A stretch of 43,501 nt of DNA from Seison nebaliae (taxonomy: Eukaryota), in assembly GCA_023231475.1 (NCBI GenBank), contig JALJEE010003029.1, positions 1 to 43,501 on the forward strand. The letters run 5' to 3'. The notes under the pieces are model-generated. The model had not been told where the DNA came from and made no database searches. It was given only the letters and a program-made list of their open reading frames with translations. The translations under genes and the position numbers were made by a program. Positions 36,701-43,501 of the stretch are shown here, piece after piece (within the stretch, counting starts at the first letter, position 1; every line of letters starts with the position of its first letter).

Positions 36701-39700
36701 GAAAAATTCTCAAAATAAACTTCTTTTCATTCGTCAACATTTCATATAATGATGAACATTCATTTACATCATATATCTTCATAATTATTTCAAATGGTTC
36801 ACATAATCGTCGATTCATCTCATCGGTCGATTGTTTGAGTGTTGTAGAATTAACGATATCATTCTCATCCATTTCATTCACTTCTTTCATTATCGATTGA
36901 AATCGACATTTCAACTTATTTGAAATCCATCCAATATTTTTGATATTTTCCAAAAATAAATTCTCAAATAATTTTCCCGTAGAAATGATGAGATCGTCAT
37001 GAATATTCCGTTTCATCAATAAATAAATCAAATCGAAACATTCGAATGTTTTCCATTTTAGAATGATGAGAATTTCTTTTGCCAATTCTCCAATTTCCTC
37101 ATTGGACGAATATTGATGAATTGACAAGAGAATATGAAGTTGAATTTTCCAACATAATATTGGATTGATCTCTCCTTTTCCCATCAATGTCTCATTCCAT
37201 AAATGAACATACTCTGAATTAAATACATTCAATTCACTCGTATCCAAATCGAATGAATGTTGTGGATGATTTAGAAAGAATTGTTTAATAAATTCTAATG
37301 ACATTAATTGAAGTTGAGGAGATGAAGTTTTTAATGATTTGATGAAATGACACAAAAGTAATTTCATTTCATTATTTTCTTTTTTATCATCATAAAATCC
37401 AATGAGAAAATTATGAAAAATAATTTCGAAATTTTTTATAGTTCGACGAATATTTAAAAGAAATGATTCATTCGAATCGATCGGATTATTCGTTCCATAA
37501 ATGAGGAAGAGATGTCCATAATAATATAAAGTGAATCGATCAATTTCCGTTTGATGATCTCCCAATTTCAATGAATCGATAAAATTAAAGAATAATTCAA
37601 CAAAATTGGCACGTTTTTCCGCTTGCTGAATAATGTATCGAGCTGTTGGCATAAAATGTGTGAGTGCATCAAATCGTTTTTCATTCTTTCCATTCATCGA
37701 TATCCATTCGATACATTTCGTCAACATGGAGAAGAGTGTGTCTTCTGGTGAGAATAATGATAATCGATGTTCTTCAGAAAATAAGACGTCACGTTGATCA
37801 ATTTCGAATGAGAGTAAATGATATAATTGACAGACGATTGAACGTTTTTCAATATTATCACCAATCGTATTTGGTTGATTGGAAAGAATATTAGAACATT
37901 TGGAAAAATAGAGAAAGAGTTCGACAGCTGCTCGATTGATAAGTGGGAAACGAAGTGATTCCATTAGAATATAAATCAATTTAGATAATCCTCCCAATCT
38001 CTTCTCATTATCGATGAGACTGATCATTCGATTATTCCCATTTCTCAATCTCTTTAACGTTCCATCAATCTTTTCAATACAATCTACATCAGATTTGAAT
38101 AATCGCAAATATTCCTCTTTCTCTTTCATTGACAACGATTGTTTCTTGAATTCAATCATCGAATTATCTGAATTGAACAAACGTTTCCGACGAATCTCAT
38201 TCTCCTCCAATTGATCTTTCTTCGAATACATTCGATTTTCACGTTTCAAATTCTTCAATTGTGACACACGTTTCTCTAACAAACTCCTTAAATATTGTTG
38301 AGATGAGAATGTATATTCGATATCGTCTCCCCATTCATCATTCTCAATGGCAAATTGATAAATGTTAATATGTTCATTTGTAAATTTTCGATTTGACAAT
38401 TCTTCTTTATATATTTTGGAAGTTGATGTTAATTGTTTATTAAATAATCGATTTGTTCCATTTCCATATAAATATAAATATCTCACTAATATTTGGGTGA
38501 AATTGTCAATGGGAGAAATGGTTCGATCAATCTTTTCCGTTATTCCAGTGAGATGATCTACATCAATTTCTATCGATCCAATTATTCGATGTATTCCTCT
38601 CATTTTCTTCTTTAACTCATAATTAATATATTGACATTGATCATGATAATTCTCATCATCCATAATCGCCGAACAAGTGAAATCGATATTGAACATCTTC
38701 TCATCGATCAAATGGAGAATGATGAGTAAATATTTCGATTCTCTTCGATCTTCATTTCCTTTTCGTCTCAATATCAATCGTCTCAATATATTCAAATTCC
38801 TTTCACGATTATTCGAATTCCGACAATTACTTATCGATTCTTCATTCCACAACTTCTTCGTATTTAATTCCAATAATCGTTCCATAATTCCCGTTTCATA
38901 ACGATCAAATAATTTCAATGATGTCTTATATTCATCATTCGATAATGATTGACCATATAATAAATATCTGATTATATGATCATACTCCTTCACTTCACAT
39001 TCAACAAATATCGATTTCAATATCAATTGTGTATGAAATTCAAACGATCGTAACTTATTCGAATGGAACAACCAATTCTTCTCATTCTTTTCTATTCGAG
39101 TCAATGTTCCTTCAACAAACGAAACATTCTCCTCCACATTCAACCATTTACTCAATCGCAATAAGACGAAAACATACGAGACATTTTCATCGATCGTCAT
39201 CTGTCGATTATTGATCGATTTTCGAAAATCATCAAACAAAATCGTCAAAATCAATTTTCCACTTTCTCCAATATTATCCATTCTCTTGTTCCTTAAAAGA
39301 AAAGCAAAACTCAATAAAAGATTCTTTTTTATCTCTTCATTTTTCAATTTCTTCCAATCACTCAATTCAAATAGTTCACAAAACCATCGTTCAGGTTTCT
39401 CAACCATCTTCTCCATAAATTCCAATAAGAATTCCGATAATAATTTATTGACACAACTAATCGATTTCACATCACCATTCATTATTTGTTTCTTAAATTC
39501 TTCAAGTAAATTTTCACATATTTCATCATCATTCTTTCCACAATTCCTACAACTCTTTTTTACCATTTCATTCAACGAAAGAAACAATAAACGTTTATGA
39601 AACGGATCATGCAATCTTCCATTTTTCCCATTAAAACAATCTTTTATGAAATTTTTAAAAAATTCCAAATTCTCACCATTTTCAATTATCAATTGTAATG

Positions 39701-40265
39701 AATTGAAAATATTCTTCAATTTCTTCTCATCATTCATTGATAACATGATTTTGAGAAGAAACGGTTTCAATTCATCGAACTCTTTCTCACCAATTTTTAT
39801 ATGAAACTCAATGACAAATCGTAAACGTTGCACTATCGTGTCAGGTGAACGAAAATAAATTTTTGTTAAATCGCCTGATATCGATCCTCCCACATCCAAA
39901 ACTTTCATTATAATCGAAATTCGGTCCAAATCATCATCGGTCCATGTTAAGATAATTTCTCTTAAATTCTCTATTAATTTCCTTCTTAATAATTTGTGAT
40001 CTAGAAGAAATTGCATGAAACAATTGGACACTTTCACTTTGACTTCTTTGTAAAATGAACATAATTTTTCTTTACTTTCCTCCGATGGGAATTGGATGAG
40101 AGAGAAGTTACCTTCCAATAAACTCTCCCTCACTTCATCATCCCTCAATAGTTCATTCAACTTCCTCTCCAAAATTCTACGACCAGATTCAGTTTGAATA
40201 AAATCCTTATCCGATAACAATCCATTCACTTCATTCGACAAAAACTTGACGGAACTTTTCTTCAT
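31480..40265 (-). CDS. GCN1: GCN1, HEAT-repeat ribosome-collision sensor and GCN2 activator, 5 exons (introns 32620-32670, 32388-32434, 32087-32133, 31741-31801)
   Basis: The 2625-aa ORF carries GCN1 central HEAT motifs: RRGAAYGIGAV, LFEPFAIKIIPDLL, WRTKCAAIE, NPEIATILPKL, IDSASMAML, VERSGSAEALSE, RDGYMTLFIYL, RIRYRSLQLLGELL and HVWKVIVAN. Three further downstream ORF segments join in frame through short GT-AG introns. The N-terminal ~1000 aa are too divergent to recognise by eye. Confidence 0.88.
33630..33810 (-). repeat. (GAT)n-rich trinucleotide repeat encoding a poly-Asp tract in GCN1
   Basis: TCATCA... runs on the + strand translate as DDDDNEDEDGNINWSDDDDDDDDDNSDFYNDDDDDDDDDDDNDNGGDNDFDDSDDDDDEFD in the GCN1 frame. 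Confidence 0.9.
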
Positions 40266-40481
40266 TTTTCAAAGATCTTCTGTATCTTCAAATACTTTCA
40301 ATCTTTTAATATTGTCACTGACATGACGGCGAAAAATGTGGCACTTCCATTTACATTTACATTCCACGACATCCTCATGATGAATAACGTTTAAAAACTG
40401 GGCTTAGAACGAAAATGGCGTAAGATCAAAATTATTAGATGGCAAATTAATTTTTATTACCATATACTATAATATAACTTA

Positions 40482-40880
40482 TACAGTGCGTAAAGAAATA
40501 TCTTGGACATAAGAATTCCCATAGTTTCTAAAAATAGTTGTTAAAAAAATTCTCAGACATTTTTTAAATTAATCGTTTATTTATAAAAAATGGCAAAAAT
40601 TCGTTTATTAATATTTTGTCTAGCTTCCTTTGCATTTTACGACTTCTAATAATCGCTTATTCATGCTTATTGCGCAATTATGTAGAATGCGCGGCTCGAT
40701 CTTCTCTCCAGCAGATTGAATGGCGTTTCAAATGTCATCTTCTCTTTCAAACGCGACATTTTTCTTTCAATCACATCGTAATTATTTCCCATACATTTTC
40801 CATCGGATTTAAGTCGGGACTTCTTGGCGGGTGTTCGATTAATTCCAATTTCTGTCGATTTAAAGCTACCATGGTTACTT
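40482..40880 (-). mobile_element. Tc1-like DNA transposon remnant (3' end of the transposase plus one terminus)
   Basis: Minus-strand translation gives LELIEHPPRSPDLNPMENVW (the Tc1 SPDLNPIEN motif, ~40790-40850). After a stop and frameshift it gives ISMNKRLLEVVKCKGS*TKY*, the Tc1 C-terminus, with its stop at 40608. A TA-CAGTG terminus lies at 40482-40488. Confidence 0.85.
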
Positions 40881-40899
40881 TTGACTTATGTATAGAAAA

Positions 40900-41600
40900 G
40901 ATGACGCATCAAAAAGATGACGCAGCAAAAGAATATGTTATAGAATACTGTAGTAGGAAACTAAGAGACAATGAAAAGGTTGCGGCAATCACCGAAAAGG
41001 AAGCAGCAGCAGTATTGTTTGGTATTGAGAAATTTTGAAAATATTTGATGGGTAACAAATTCACTGTAATAACGGATCACAGCGCTCTAATATGGCTGAA
41101 AGGAAAATCACATACAACCCAAAATTTAACGAGATGGGCATTAATTTTGCAAGAATATAACTTCGAAATATTGCATAGAGCAGGAAAAAAACAAGTAAAC
41201 GCGGATGCATTATCAAGATATCCATATTCATATGCCGCCATAATGACACATTACGTAGATCAGTTAATAAAAATGTTAAAAAGGGAAGATTATGATCAAG
41301 TGAAAATAATGATGAAACATGAAAAATTCCGAAAATTATATAATCGAAAAGAAGATTTTAAAATAATCAATGAGGAATTATTCATAAATATCGATAATTA
41401 ATTAAAAAGAGTGGCGAGACCCATAGAAATTAAACAAATAATCAAAGATCATCACAAGCATGCACACTTTGGTATAGAAAGAACGTTCCAGAGTATAAAC
41501 GAACTATACTACTGGCCAACCGTGAAAAAAAATTCAACAATTCATTCAGCAATGCAATGAATGTCAAGAAAATGAAAATCCAAAAAACCCGAAAGGTAAT
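40900..41600 (+). mobile_element. Ty3/Gypsy pol remnant (RNase H and integrase zinc finger), pseudogenised
   Basis: EYVIEYCSRKL...TEKEAAAVLFGIEKF*KYLMGNKFTVITDHSALIWL...LTRWALILQEYNFEILHRAGKKQVNADALSR is the RNase H. HHKHAHFGIERT...YYWP...(frameshift)CNECQ is the HHCC zinc finger. In-frame stops are present. Confidence 0.92.
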
Positions 41601-41959
41601 TGGTAATTTATAATTAATTTTTTTTTTCGGTTAACTTTCATTATTTGACAATCATTAAAGTTTCTAAAAATTTGACAGATTCTAAATAATGAATTAGTCC
41701 GCTTCTATGGAGATTTTCAATCATTTTTGATACATCTTATAATGAGAACAAATTGAATTTTTTTGGGCCAAATAAGCTTTGTTAGTCGATCAACATCATA
41801 ATCAAAAATATTTTAAAATGGCTGCAACTTTTTTCTTATTTAAAATTCGATAAAAATGATAACGATAATAAAATAAAAACTTTTTTACATATTGGAAAAA
41901 TCCAATAATATTTTTTGACATGTCTTTGAATATTAATAAATTGTTTAATAATTCTGGTT

Positions 41960-43400
41960 ATGTGGAGGACGAAGCGTTGTTCGAAGTTAACAATGATGTT
42001 GATTGCCTGATGAATAATAGTTCCGTAGTGCCGGAAAAGTCATGTATTGTTCTCATCTTACCAATTATGTAAATAATGAACCTACCAATGAACCCGGATG
42101 TTGTAATGAATCAATCGGTGAAGGCAAGAGGGGAAGGGGAGACCGAAAGGTTCTAAAAATACATGTACACCTTCAACGAATAAAATAACCTGCTTGGGTC
42201 CAGGAGCTGATGGTAGTTGTTCGATCAAAAAAACGGAATTGGTATCCATTGAACTAAAACTAAATCGTTTGATTTCGGAGAATGTGGAGCACAAGAAGGA
42301 CATTGCGGCGCTATCCGAAAAATTGACGGAAATGTGTGAAAAAGTGGATAAAATCAATGAAAAATTTGCTTCTAATGTTGTTGAGCAAGATAGCTTGAGA
42401 AATATGTATAAAACAATTTCTGATAAGTTAACTTCTCATGATTGCATTGTTTCCATTCCTGTTGTTAATGAGAACAACAAGATTAACAATAAGCAAAACG
42501 TATGGAATAAGAAGAAAAAATTCGATTTTTCAAAAAAACCGAATTCGAAATTCGTTTTCTACTTTATTGACGCTTCGAAGGCGTTCGATTCAGTGAGCAT
42601 GTGTCATGGTACGAGAGTGTTGTACGACGCTGGATTAGATCATTACTGGGTTTCCTTCGTTAACCAAATATTCACTAATTCTTATGGTATCATCAAATTG
42701 AATTCGGTAAGTTCTGATTTATTTCCGATTAATAAAGGAATGAAACAGGGTTCAATTCTTGCTCCCTGGATTTTCGGGAAAATCATCGATGAAATTATAT
42801 GTGAAGTAAATAATCATTTTTCTTTCTCTATCGTAAATCATTCATTTCCCGCTCTTTATGCTTATGCAGATGATATGGTGATATGCGCAAATAATGTTAA
42901 GCAATGCTTATCCATCATTCGATTAGTAAAATTGGGTTTATATGAGAGCTGTATATCGTGCAATGACTCGAAATCAAAAATTCTCACCAACATTTCCTAT
43001 TTTCCTGCCAGAAGTGAATTGAAGAAATTAGTTATGAAAGATATTGAATTTTTGGGATGTCGGATAGACAACAAGAAGAAATCGATAAAATTTGACCGAT
43101 AAGATACGATGTAAATTTCTTAGAATCTTTTATTCTTTTCACCATCATTGTAAATTTTTCTCTATTTCTCTGAAGCTTCGTTTGTTTGTGACGTTTTTTG
43201 TTGTGACTTCTATGGTCTCGCCATTTCCTTATCGAACACACGAAAATCATTACTTTCTCTGGATCGAGCATATAACCGAGCGGTACGTATGTTACTCGGA
43301 TGAGGCAAGCCTTTCATTAGAGCATTCATGTTAATGCGTTAGTGGGTTGAAACCCTTACAATTTCTGTTAGCGGAAAGATACTTGAGAATACTCGATTCT
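41960..43400 (+). mobile_element. Non-LTR retrotransposon (LINE) remnant: ORF1-like coiled-coil segment joined to a reverse transcriptase core
   Basis: ORF 42194..43102 contains FIDASKAFDSV, GMKQGSILAPWIF, YADD and IEFLG, all non-LTR RT motifs. A frameshifted continuation (KLRLFVTF) follows at 43092+. No endonuclease domain is visible. Outer boundaries are approximate. Confidence 0.85.
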
Positions 43401-43501
43401 ATCGCTACCTCTGAATTCTCCTTTCCGTCTTTCGATCAATGTGAGGAATTTTTTTCTCCGTTAAAATTTTTTTGTGAGTATTACACCTTAGGAATTCCTA
43501 A

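Noticed and set aside
2662..40265. Non-standard genetic code or non-GT-AG introns as the cause of fragmented ORFs
   Set aside because: All five genes assemble with the standard code and GT-AG boundaries, with no in-frame stops.
40298..40324. 8-codon uORF upstream of GCN1
   Set aside because: The transcription start is unknown and short ORFs like this arise readily by chance.

Overview
AT-rich animal (invertebrate-type) nuclear DNA using the standard genetic code. Five protein-coding genes were reconstructed by hand: an intronless claudin-family gene (+), an ADAMTS metalloprotease (-, 7 exons), slit (-, 21 exons), Eps15 (+, 10 exons) and GCN1 (-, 5 exons). The left end is a ~345-bp tandem-repeat array that folds back on itself. 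A 14.6-kb stretch with no recognisable gene separates slit and Eps15. The right end is a stack of Tc1, Ty3/Gypsy and non-LTR retrotransposon remnants. The main result concerns splicing. Of 39 introns placed using reading frame and protein homology, 38 begin GTT, one begins GTC, and none begins GTA or GTG. All but one are 42-65 nt, and 22 lack both the -1G and the +5G that normally anchor U1/U6 pairing. This suggests a lineage with a re-coded 5' splice site. The ADAMTS also appears to lack a prodomain, and the Slit appears to have lost most of its EGF array. Gene models are manual and unverified by RNA data; the organism cannot be identified from this window.
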